DNA from: Candidatus Minimicrobia sp. QA0096
Lineage (GTDB): Bacteria; Patescibacteriota; Saccharimonadia; Saccharimonadales; Saccharimonadaceae
Length of the DNA stretch: 32,000 nucleotides
Assembly (NCBI RefSeq): GCF_963967315.1
Contig: NZ_OZ017288.1
Location: 360,001-392,000, forward strand
Direction of reading: 5' to 3'
The notes below the pieces were generated by a model. That model ran no database searches, was not told the origin of the DNA, and worked only from the letters and a program-made list of their open reading frames with translations. The translations under genes were made by a program, and so were the position numbers. How positions within the stretch are numbered: position 1 is the first letter of the stretch; the number at the start of each line of letters is the position of its first letter. This document shows, piece by piece, positions 15,152 through 22,570 of the stretch.

Positions 15152-16414
15152 ATGGCAAGACAGATGATTAGTACTATTATTGGCAAAAGCGTCAAGAAAG
15201 TCGCTAAATTACGCGGTGGCGGTTCAGCCTTGCCGGGTTTGGTGATTGAAAAAATTGACCCAAAATTTATTCAGAGAACGCTGGCGGATTTACCGCAAGG
15301 CGTGGTGATTATCAGCGGAACGAATGGGAAAACAACGACGACAAAAATCGTCGTAGAGTTGCTGGAATCAGTCGGGCTGAAAGTCTTCACTAATCGCACT
15401 GGTAGCAATTTTTCCCGAGGTGTGGCAGCGGCGCTACTTGATGAGGTCAATATCCGCGGCAAGCTGGACGCCGACATTGCGGTTCTGGAACTGGACGAGG
15501 CTTGGGCGGTTAAGTTTGTACAAATTGTTCGTCCGCGCTTTTCCCTGCTTCTGAATGTTATGCGTGATCAATTGGACAGATTTGGAGAAATCGACAATAC
15601 AGCCGCATTGCTCCAAAAAATAGCTGAAGCAACCAGCGACACTGTCGTTCTCAACAGCGACGATCCGCGAATTTTTAAGATTAGCGAACATATTCAGGCT
15701 AAAAAAGCTTTCTTCGGCACAACCAGCGAATTACTTCAATTGATGCCAACGGACGACACTCTAAAATACGGAACCGCGGTCGCAAATCAAAGCGTAGTTG
15801 CCGATGTCTTATTGAAAAAAATTAACGCTCAACAGGCAACTTTTCAAATTGACAATAAAGAAATTGACGTAGATCTGCAACTCACTGGAGTTTACAATCT
15901 TCTCAATGCGGCGGCGGCGGTTGCTCTGGCTCGACAAATAGCGGGACCGGAAATTACCGATACGATTTTATCTGCGCTGGAAAATATAAAGCCGGCGTTT
16001 GGTCGTGGCGAAACGATTTACCTGAATGGCACGCCAATTGAGCTTATTTTGGTGAAAAATCCAAGTGGTTTTCGGTTGGCACTTCTGTCATTCGCCAAAA
16101 ATAATAGTACTACGATGATCGCTGTTAATGACAATTACGCCGATGGACGAGATGTCAGTTGGTTCTGGGACGTCGATTTTTCACTATTGAAAAACGTAGT
16201 AATGATCAGCGGCGCACGCGCTTATGATATGGCTTTGCGGCTTCAATACGACGACATTCCAATTGGAAAAATTGACACCAATATTTCGAAGGCCTTGGAA
16301 GATTTCATTAATACTAATCCCGACGAGCCAAAACAGATTTTTTGTAGCTACACAGCCATGACAGCGATTCGTCGCCTGCTGAGCGAAAAAACCGACGTGG
16401 AGGAAATATCATAA
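15152..16414 (+). CDS. murT: lipid II isoglutaminyl synthase subunit MurT (Mur ligase family)
   Basis: Mur ligase P-loop ISGTNGKTTTT, plus the MurT C-terminal signature YADGRDVSWFWDVDF. It is followed immediately by gatD. Confidence 0.85.
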   Translation: MARQMISTIIGKSVKKVAKLRGGGSALPGLVIEKIDPKFIQRTLADLPQGVVIISGTNGKTTTTKIVVELLESVGLKVFTNRTGSNFSRGVAAALLDEVNIRGKLDADIAVLELDEAWAVKFVQIVRPRFSLLLNVMRDQLDRFGEIDNTAALLQKIAEATSDTVVLNSDDPRIFKISEHIQAKKAFFGTTSELLQLMPTDDTLKYGTAVANQSVVADVLLKKINAQQATFQIDNKEIDVDLQLTGVYNLLNAAAAVALARQIAGPEITDTILSALENIKPAFGRGETIYLNGTPIELILVKNPSGFRLALLSFAKNNSTTMIAVNDNYADGRDVSWFWDVDFSLLKNVVMISGARAYDMALRLQYDDIPIGKIDTNISKALEDFINTNPDEPKQIFCSYTAMTAIRRLLSEKTDVEEIS

Positions 16415-17136
16415 TGAAAATAACAATTGCGCAACTTTATCCGCGAGATATGAATCTTTATGGCGACTGGGGCAACACGCTAGTCCTGAAAAAACGACTA
16501 GAACGACGCGGCTTCGAGGTTGAGATTATCGATCACAATCCAGGCGATTCAACGGATTTTTCTAAAATTGATATTTTTGTCGGCGGCGGCGGACAAGATT
16601 CTGGGCAGACGATTATCCAAAATGATCTTCTGGCGCGAGCTGATGAACTGCGACAATTAGCAAAAGACGGTGTGCCGATGTTAATGATTTGCGGAATGTA
16701 CCAATTATTTGGTCGATTTTTCCGAACGCTCAAGGGCGAGGAAATTGTTGGCGCTAATATTCTGCCAATTGAAACAATTGCTGGCGACGAGCGGATGATT
16801 GGTAACATTGTCATCAAAAGCCAGGAATTTGGAGATATCGTTGGCTATGAAAATCACAGCGGACAAACTTTCTTAGACAAGACCGCCAAACCTCTTGGAC
16901 AAGTTATTAAAGGCGCTGGCAATAATATGATCGACGCAAATGAAGGCGTTCGCTATAACAACATCATTGCCACTTACCTCCACGGCCCAATTTTGCCTAA
17001 AAACCCGCAAATTGCAGATTTTCTTATTGGCAAGGCGCTAGAGCGACGCGACGTAAGTTCAGATTCGGGGCTGGAAAAAATTGATGATACTTTAGCGAAT
17101 AAAGCGAGAGAGGTAGCGTTAAAATTATCCAGATAA
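16414..17136 (+). CDS. gatD: glutamine amidotransferase subunit GatD (CobQ-type GATase) of the MurT/GatD complex
   Basis: MNLYGDWGN at the N-terminus, nucleophile Cys in MICGMYQLFG, His in YLHGP. Shares 1 nt with the murT stop (TAATG). Confidence 0.85.
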   Translation: MKITIAQLYPRDMNLYGDWGNTLVLKKRLERRGFEVEIIDHNPGDSTDFSKIDIFVGGGGQDSGQTIIQNDLLARADELRQLAKDGVPMLMICGMYQLFGRFFRTLKGEEIVGANILPIETIAGDERMIGNIVIKSQEFGDIVGYENHSGQTFLDKTAKPLGQVIKGAGNNMIDANEGVRYNNIIATYLHGPILPKNPQIADFLIGKALERRDVSSDSGLEKIDDTLANKAREVALKLSR

Positions 17137-17139
17137 TTC

Positions 17140-18660
17140 ATGAAAAAAATCCGTATATATCTTAAAAAGCTATATGCATTTCTTTATAAAATGCCAGGTT
17201 GGATTTGGCTAATTCCAATCTTAATTTTAGCCGTCAACGTTCGACTTACCTATTTAACAAAAGCCGATATTTGGCATGACGAAGGATATACGGCAGCCAT
17301 CATTCAGCAGCCGATCAGGGAAATTATCGCCATTACGACCACGGATGTCCACCCGCCGCTTTATTACGTTATTATGCATGTTTGGCAATCGATTTTCGGC
17401 AATTCCGTAGCTTCACTCAGAGGGTTTAGTGTTACGTGCGGAATTCTTACAATTGCCCTATTATTTCTATTACTCCAAAAACTTTTCTCTAAAAGAATCG
17501 CCGTATTTGGAAGTTTTTTAGCAGCGCTAGGACCGTTCTTAATCCGCTATAGCGACGAAGCTCGAATGTATGCGCTGGCGGCACTTTTGGCTGTAGCAAT
17601 GACATACGCATTCGTCGTGGCGGTCGAGCACAAAAATAAGAAGTTCTGGTGGGCGCTATACGGAATTTTAGTAGCACTCGGTCTTTATACACAATATTTC
17701 CTAGCGTTAATACTACCCGCGCATTTCGTATATATTTGGCTAAAGCTTGGCGGAAATCGCACTGCCATAAAAAATATATTTAAGGACAAAAACGTTTGGC
17801 TTGCCGCAGAAACATGCTTTTTACTATTCCTCCCCTGGCTACCAGTTATGATCTCCCAAACCAGCCGAGTAAGCGGCGGCTTCTGGATCCCCGAAGTTAC
17901 TAAATTTACCATACCAACAACATTATCAATGTTCTTGACTTACGACGACAGGATTGTCCGCTATTTTGGATTGTTACTGCCGCCAATTATAATCGCAATT
18001 TCATTCACCCTAGCCAAAAAACACCCAAAATACCAAGCAGCAATTTGGATTTTAACAATCTGGTCGCTACTACCAATGATTATTATTTACATACTTAGCC
18101 AGGGTCGACCAGTTTACTTAGATCGATACTTCACTTATTCAGCGCCGGCGTTTTACGGCTTGATTGCGGTATTCATCGGGCTTATTTTTTCTAATAAAAA
18201 ATGGTGGCCTATTGGAATATCTATTGTCCTGACATTATTTATTGGTCATTACATGTGGCATATTGGCGGTAAGAATATTGCGGAATCATCCTGGAACAAC
18301 ACCAGCACAGCCATGAATCATATAAATGAAAATATCCAGAGTAGTGATGCTATTATCTCTGGCGAAATCTACACTTACTTTCACACTTCCTATTACAACC
18401 GCACAAATAAAGAAATTATACTTCTGAAGCCGAAAGAAGAGCTAGGTTGGGTTGGCGAATGGGGATTAATTAAAAAATTAAATACTCCAGAAATTAGCTC
18501 TTTAGAGTCAGTAAAATCCCCAAGAATCTGGCTTATTCTTCGCGAAAAAACATATGATGAATATAAAAAACAAGTTCCACTCTATTGGCAATTAAAGCAA
18601 GAATTTCATGATGGCGATTTGATTATTGGACTATACGAAAATAAAAAAATAACTGGTTAA
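17140..18660 (+). CDS. GT-C fold polyprenyl-phosphate-sugar dependent glycosyltransferase (ArnT/PMT, GT39-like)
   Basis: 506 aa with about 10 or more hydrophobic helices. The first-loop acidic motif ADIWHDEGY and DVHPPLYY are typical of this family. Begins 3 nt after gatD. Confidence 0.72.
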   Translation: MKKIRIYLKKLYAFLYKMPGWIWLIPILILAVNVRLTYLTKADIWHDEGYTAAIIQQPIREIIAITTTDVHPPLYYVIMHVWQSIFGNSVASLRGFSVTCGILTIALLFLLLQKLFSKRIAVFGSFLAALGPFLIRYSDEARMYALAALLAVAMTYAFVVAVEHKNKKFWWALYGILVALGLYTQYFLALILPAHFVYIWLKLGGNRTAIKNIFKDKNVWLAAETCFLLFLPWLPVMISQTSRVSGGFWIPEVTKFTIPTTLSMFLTYDDRIVRYFGLLLPPIIIAISFTLAKKHPKYQAAIWILTIWSLLPMIIIYILSQGRPVYLDRYFTYSAPAFYGLIAVFIGLIFSNKKWWPIGISIVLTLFIGHYMWHIGGKNIAESSWNNTSTAMNHINENIQSSDAIISGEIYTYFHTSYYNRTNKEIILLKPKEELGWVGEWGLIKKLNTPEISSLESVKSPRIWLILREKTYDEYKKQVPLYWQLKQEFHDGDLIIGLYENKKITG

Positions 18661-18675
18661 ACGCCAGTTATTTTA
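18649..18675 (+). terminator. probable terminator after the GT39-like gene
   Basis: Stem ATAACTGG/CCAGTTAT with a 7-nt loop and a short T-run. Confidence 0.45.
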
Positions 18676-18695
18676 ATACGTTGAATGATTTCAAT

Positions 18696-18772
18696 TGGTC
18701 GGGGTGAAAGGACTCGAACCTTCGACCTCACGGTCCCAAACCGCGCGCGCTAGCCAACTGCGCCACACCCCG
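18696..18772 (-). tRNA. tRNA-Pro (anticodon TGG), CCA encoded
   Basis: On the reverse strand: acceptor CGGGGTG/CACCCCG, anticodon stem CGCGG/CCGTG with loop TTTGGGA, T arm GAAGG-TTCGAGT-CCTTT. Confidence 0.9.
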
Positions 18773-18874
18773 AAGATATCTCTATCATTCACTCTGATCT
18801 ATCTTAACATATATCGCTAAATAAGTACAGGAAAATCCCATAAAACTTAAAAGAGATCACTAAAAGTACAACAG

Positions 18875-19510
18875 CTAAGCATTCACAGCTTCAATCTCAA
18901 CTGACAGCACTTCTTTTTTGATTGGCAAAGATTGACCGGGCTCGAACGTATAAACCAGCAATTGACCAAACGGCATTTCTACATTCGCTATCTCGACCTC
19001 TGGAACTTGGTCGAGATGTTTAATTAAAGCCCGAATAGAATTGCCGTGAGCCACCAATAAAATATTCTCACCATTCTGCAATTTCGGCAAAATCTCTTGC
19101 TCAAAATATGGAACAACCCGCGCATAAACATCTTTCAAAGTTTCGCCGCCCGGCACTGGATAATCCCAACCGCGTCGAATACCATTAAAAGCTTCTTCGC
19201 CAATCTCCGCTTTAACTTCCCATTTATTTTTTCCAGTCAAATCGCCATAATCACGCTCATTTAACTCAGTTGCATGCGTTGTTGGTAGATTTTCGACTCC
19301 GCATCCTTCGAGTAGCGCAGCCAAAGTTTGTTGTGTGCGTTTTAATGATGAAGTGTAAGCTTCATTAAATGACAAGTCTTTCAATAAAGCGCCCAATCGC
19401 ACTGTGTCATTATGACCCTTTTCCGTCAAATTAACATCCGTCCAGCCAGTCCACTTACCGAGCAGATTCCATTCACTCTCACCGTGCCGACTAATAACTA
19501 ATATTCCCAT
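18875..19510 (-). CDS. gpmA: 2,3-bisphosphoglycerate-dependent phosphoglycerate mutase (histidine phosphatase family), short form
   Basis: SRHGESEWN catalytic motif, SSLKRTQQT, ELNERDYGDLTG, RRGWDYPVPGGE and VAHGNSIRAL. Confidence 0.8.
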   Translation of the reverse strand: MGILVISRHGESEWNLLGKWTGWTDVNLTEKGHNDTVRLGALLKDLSFNEAYTSSLKRTQQTLAALLEGCGVENLPTTHATELNERDYGDLTGKNKWEVKAEIGEEAFNGIRRGWDYPVPGGETLKDVYARVVPYFEQEILPKLQNGENILLVAHGNSIRALIKHLDQVPEVEIANVEMPFGQLLVYTFEPGQSLPIKKEVLSVEIEAVNA

Positions 19511-20037
19511 TATTTCCCTCCAATCATCGGCGCAAAAAAATCTACAACTTCTTTTTTCACGCCGTCATTATCAATAATTTTCGTATTTACGTAACCGAAT
19601 TTATCAATTGCCCAAAATCTTATTGCCCAGAGCAGCGACATGTCTTCAAAATCAACCTCATTTTTGGCAATAAATTTGCTAGCCACAATTTCCGATTCCT
19701 GCAATTTTATCTCAGAAAAAGCATCGTTTTCTAACTTTGTAAAAAACACAAATTGATGTGTCAAAAATTCATCAGAATGACGCGAAGCAACCATTGCAAG
19801 CTTCAAATCCTTAGAGTCGACTTGAATATCAACTTCTTCTTTCACCTCGCGCACCGCCGCTTCCAACGGGGATTCTCCAGCGTCAACAATGCCGCCAGGC
19901 AGCGACCAATGATCTTTATAGCCAGCCTTGACGATCAATAGTTCGCCCTGCTCATTTTCAATTAACACCGCCGCACTAGAAAAACGCCTGTCCAAACTTG
20001 CCAGCCAAGCCCGTCGCTCTTCATCTGTAAATTTCAT
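19510..20037 (-). CDS. NUDIX hydrolase
   Basis: Nudix box GGIVDAGESPLEAAVREVKEEVDI. The gene has 1-nt overlaps with rny upstream and gpmA downstream. Confidence 0.85.
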   Translation of the reverse strand: MKFTDEERRAWLASLDRRFSSAAVLIENEQGELLIVKAGYKDHWSLPGGIVDAGESPLEAAVREVKEEVDIQVDSKDLKLAMVASRHSDEFLTHQFVFFTKLENDAFSEIKLQESEIVASKFIAKNEVDFEDMSLLWAIRFWAIDKFGYVNTKIIDNDGVKKEVVDFFAPMIGGK

Positions 20038-21533
20038 TATTTAGCAAACTCAATCGCTCGCGTTTCGCGAATCACGTTAACCTTAATCGTGCCAGGATAT
20101 TGCATCGTCGACTCAATTTTCGTCGCAATATCTCGCGCCAATTTAATCGCCGACAAATCATCAATCGTCTGAGGCTTCACAATCACACGAACTTCACGGC
20201 CGGCAGAAATCGCGTAAGCCTTATCAATTCCCTCAAAGCTGGTAGCAACATTTTCCAAATCGCGCATTCGCTCTGCAAAGTTTTCAGCAGAAACGTTACG
20301 CGCACCCGGACGCGCCGCCGAAGCCGCATCACAGACTCGAACAATAATTGCCTCTGGAGTTGTCGCTTCGATATCATCGTGGTGTGCTTCGATTGCGTGA
20401 ACAATTCTCTCATCCATACCATATTTACGAGCCAATTCCGCCCCAATATGATGATGCTTGCCCTCAATTTTATGTGACACAGCCTTACCAACGTCATGAA
20501 GAAGTGTAGCAATTTTCGTAATACGCACATCCGCACCAATTTCCTCAGCAATCATTCCAGCAATTTGTGCCATCTCAGTCGAATGCTTCAAAACGTTCTG
20601 CCCGAAGCTGGTACGAAACTTCAATTCACCAAGAAGCAATAGCATCTCCTTCGGAATACCAACCACGCCAGTTTCACGCATAGCATCTTCACCGGCTTGT
20701 CGAACCTCTTTTTCAATCTGTTTCTTAGCTTTAGCAACAACCTCTTCGATGCGCGCAGGATGGATACGACCATCCTTCATCAGCATCTCAAGACTAAGAC
20801 GAGCCACTTGTCGACGAACAGGATCAAAACTCGACAAAATAATCATGCCAGGTGTGTCGTCAACTAAAATATCGACGCCAGTTTCGCGCTGGAGCGCCTG
20901 AATATTACGCCCTTCCTTGCCAATAATTCGACCCTTCATCTCGTCATCAGTCAGTTTGACTGCAGTCACCGTGCGCTCAGCGGTAACTTCACTGCTCATT
21001 CGTTCCATTGCAGTCACCAAAATCATTTGCGCCCGTTCTTCAGCGTCATCCATTGCATCATGTTGTAGTTTCGACACCAAACCGACCAAGTCTTGCTTAA
21101 TGTCACGCTCAGTCATCTGCATTAACTTGTCAGCAGCGTCTTTTTTCTTCAATCCAGCGATTTTTTCCAATTTCTCTTGCTGTCTGGAGCGGATGTCACG
21201 AATTTCATTTTTAAGATTATCAACTTCATCCTCATGCGCGCGCAATTTTTCTGCTCGTCGATCAAGCTCTTCCAGCTTATTATCCAGGGTCTTCTCGCGA
21301 TCCGCCAAACGATTTTCGGTCTTTTGCCACTCCTTGCGACGTTCATTTTCAATCTTAAGCGCCTCATCCTTAGCCTTAAGGACGATGTCGCTCGCCTTAG
21401 TTTTCGCATCTGCCAGATCTCGCTCAATCTGATTTTTACCGTTAATTTGGCGAGTTCTCTGATATCCAACAAGACCAGCAGCACCCGCGCCAGCTCCAAC
21501 AGCCGCAGCAATAATTACTTCTATCATTATCAT
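20037..21533 (-). CDS. rny: ribonuclease Y
   Basis: N-terminal TM helix, K/E-rich coiled coil, KH domain (IIGKEGRNIQALQRETGVDI) and HD domain (LLHDVGK, HH...EAHH). An AAAGGA SD lies before the ATG; an in-frame ATG 2 codons downstream is also possible. Confidence 0.9.
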   Translation of the reverse strand: MIMIEVIIAAAVGAGAGAAGLVGYQRTRQINGKNQIERDLADAKTKASDIVLKAKDEALKIENERRKEWQKTENRLADREKTLDNKLEELDRRAEKLRAHEDEVDNLKNEIRDIRSRQQEKLEKIAGLKKKDAADKLMQMTERDIKQDLVGLVSKLQHDAMDDAEERAQMILVTAMERMSSEVTAERTVTAVKLTDDEMKGRIIGKEGRNIQALQRETGVDILVDDTPGMIILSSFDPVRRQVARLSLEMLMKDGRIHPARIEEVVAKAKKQIEKEVRQAGEDAMRETGVVGIPKEMLLLLGELKFRTSFGQNVLKHSTEMAQIAGMIAEEIGADVRITKIATLLHDVGKAVSHKIEGKHHHIGAELARKYGMDERIVHAIEAHHDDIEATTPEAIIVRVCDAASAARPGARNVSAENFAERMRDLENVATSFEGIDKAYAISAGREVRVIVKPQTIDDLSAIKLARDIATKIESTMQYPGTIKVNVIRETRAIEFAK

Positions 21534-21645
21534 TCCTTTCCGATCAGCCGCCCCTGAGTGTTCGCCTCAAGGAAAAATATCAACAGCCAATCAACTTCAA
21601 ACTATCTAATTCGGCGAATCAAAAATCACAAACCGCCGTAATTTA

Positions 21646-21651
21646 ATTATA
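21646..21651 (-). promoter_or_regulatory. possible rny promoter -10 box TATAAT
   Basis: Reverse strand reads CCGTGTATAATTAAAT and would give a leader of about 105 nt. I found no good -35 hexamer. Confidence 0.3.
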
Positions 21652-21680
21652 CACGGTTTTGACGGTTTGGGCGATAAAAA

Positions 21681-22055
21681 TTATTTTCGCGGCGCAGTGA
21701 TATTCGCAGCAGCACCGTACTCTGGCATAACAATTTTTTCATTCTCGCCAGAATGCAATTTACCCAAAGCCAAATCACGCCAATTGTCACCCATCGCACT
21801 AACAATAGGGATATTCAAGCTGTCCGCCAAGGTATTCACAACCGTCAAACCAATTCTCAGTCCCGTAAAACTTCCTGGTCCTTTCATCACGCCAATGCCG
21901 CTTATCAGATGCAAATCGCCAGTCTTTTCTTCCAAAAATTTCAACAAATTCCGCGCCAACGTTCGCTCAGCTTCCCATTCAAAATCCTGACGATTTTCTC
22001 CATTGACTATTGTCAAAAAACATGTTGATGTTGAAGTGTCCAATAAAATTATCAC
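21681..22055 (-). CDS. tsaB: TsaB-like t6A biosynthesis protein, N-terminal domain only
   Basis: 124 aa. ILLDTSTS start and GVMKGPGSFTGLRIGLTVVNTLA motif. Overlaps tsaE by 4 nt. Confidence 0.7.
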   Translation of the reverse strand: MIILLDTSTSTCFLTIVNGENRQDFEWEAERTLARNLLKFLEEKTGDLHLISGIGVMKGPGSFTGLRIGLTVVNTLADSLNIPIVSAMGDNWRDLALGKLHSGENEKIVMPEYGAAANITAPRK

Positions 22056-22510
22056 GCCATATTCTCCTTTATTTTTCCCAAAAGTTCATCAGATTTTTTG
22101 CCGCCAGGATAAAATTCCACAAGTCGCCCTTCTTCGCTGATCGCAGTAATTTTTATCACCAACCGATCGCTCGGCAATGCATCATCGACAGCACCAGCCC
22201 ATTCAACTACAACAACCGAATTAGAATCCGCCACTTCACGAATCTCTTCGCTCATAATTCCAGCATTTCCCAATCTATAAAAATCGTAATGCGCCAAACT
22301 CAGACCGCGAGGCGAATCGTACACGCGCGAAATTGTGAATGTTGGACTCTGAACCGGCTCGTTGATCTCTAAAGCTTGCGCAATTCCCTTCGTCAACGTG
22401 GTTTTCCCCGCGCCAATATCACCGACCAATTCCAGAACCTCCCCACCAGAAACAGCCCGGCCAATTGCCGCGCCCAATTCTCGCATTTTCTCTTCACCAG
22501 AAATATTCAC
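22052..22510 (-). CDS. tsaE: t6A biosynthesis ATPase TsaE
   Basis: GDIGAGKTTLTKG P-loop, SPTFT, HYDFYRL and VVVVEW. The track start is a GTG at 22510; an in-frame ATG 8 codons downstream is an alternative. Confidence 0.85.
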   Translation of the reverse strand: MNISGEEKMRELGAAIGRAVSGGEVLELVGDIGAGKTTLTKGIAQALEINEPVQSPTFTISRVYDSPRGLSLAHYDFYRLGNAGIMSEEIREVADSNSVVVVEWAGAVDDALPSDRLVIKITAISEEGRLVEFYPGGKKSDELLGKIKENMA

Positions 22511-22516
22511 TCTTTT

Positions 22517-22522
22517 ATTATA
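22517..22522 (-). promoter_or_regulatory. -10 box TATAAT, 6 nt before the tsaE GTG start
   Basis: Reverse strand reads GCATAGTATAATAAAAGAGTG. Confidence 0.4.
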
Positions 22523-22551
22523 CTATGCTAGCTTTTTTTTGGCGATGATAG

Positions 22552-22557
22552 TACAAT
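22552..22557 (+). promoter_or_regulatory. possible pilB promoter -10 box TACAAT, 13 nt before the ATG
   Basis: Read directly. Would give a very short leader. Confidence 0.3.
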
Positions 22558-22570
22558 AACCATAAGAGTT

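Noticed and set aside
14116-15195. ORFs inside the Clp-like and membrane-protein genes: three plus-strand antisense ORFs of 140-144 aa, and 14908-15195 on the minus strand
   Set aside because: The Clp-like frame carries unmistakable AAA+ motifs. The overlapping ORFs have Arg/Ser/Asn-rich shadow composition and no SD or -10 context.
20917-21557. Three long ORFs on both strands inside rny (20917-21432 +, 21149-21511 -, 21177-21557 +), including a 171-aa Ser-rich one
   Set aside because: They lie within the K/E/R-rich coiled-coil-coding part of rny. Their low-complexity composition is the mirror or frameshift image of that region, and none has a start context, so I treat them as shadow ORFs.
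22533-22540. T8 homopolymer between the divergent tsaE and pilB promoters as a possible slipped-strand phase-variation switch for pilus expression
   Set aside because: Eight bases is short for efficient slippage. A/T runs of 7-8 occur elsewhere in the window in ordinary contexts (for example 6883-6889, 7471-7477, 17145-17151). Testing it would need population-level length polymorphism data.
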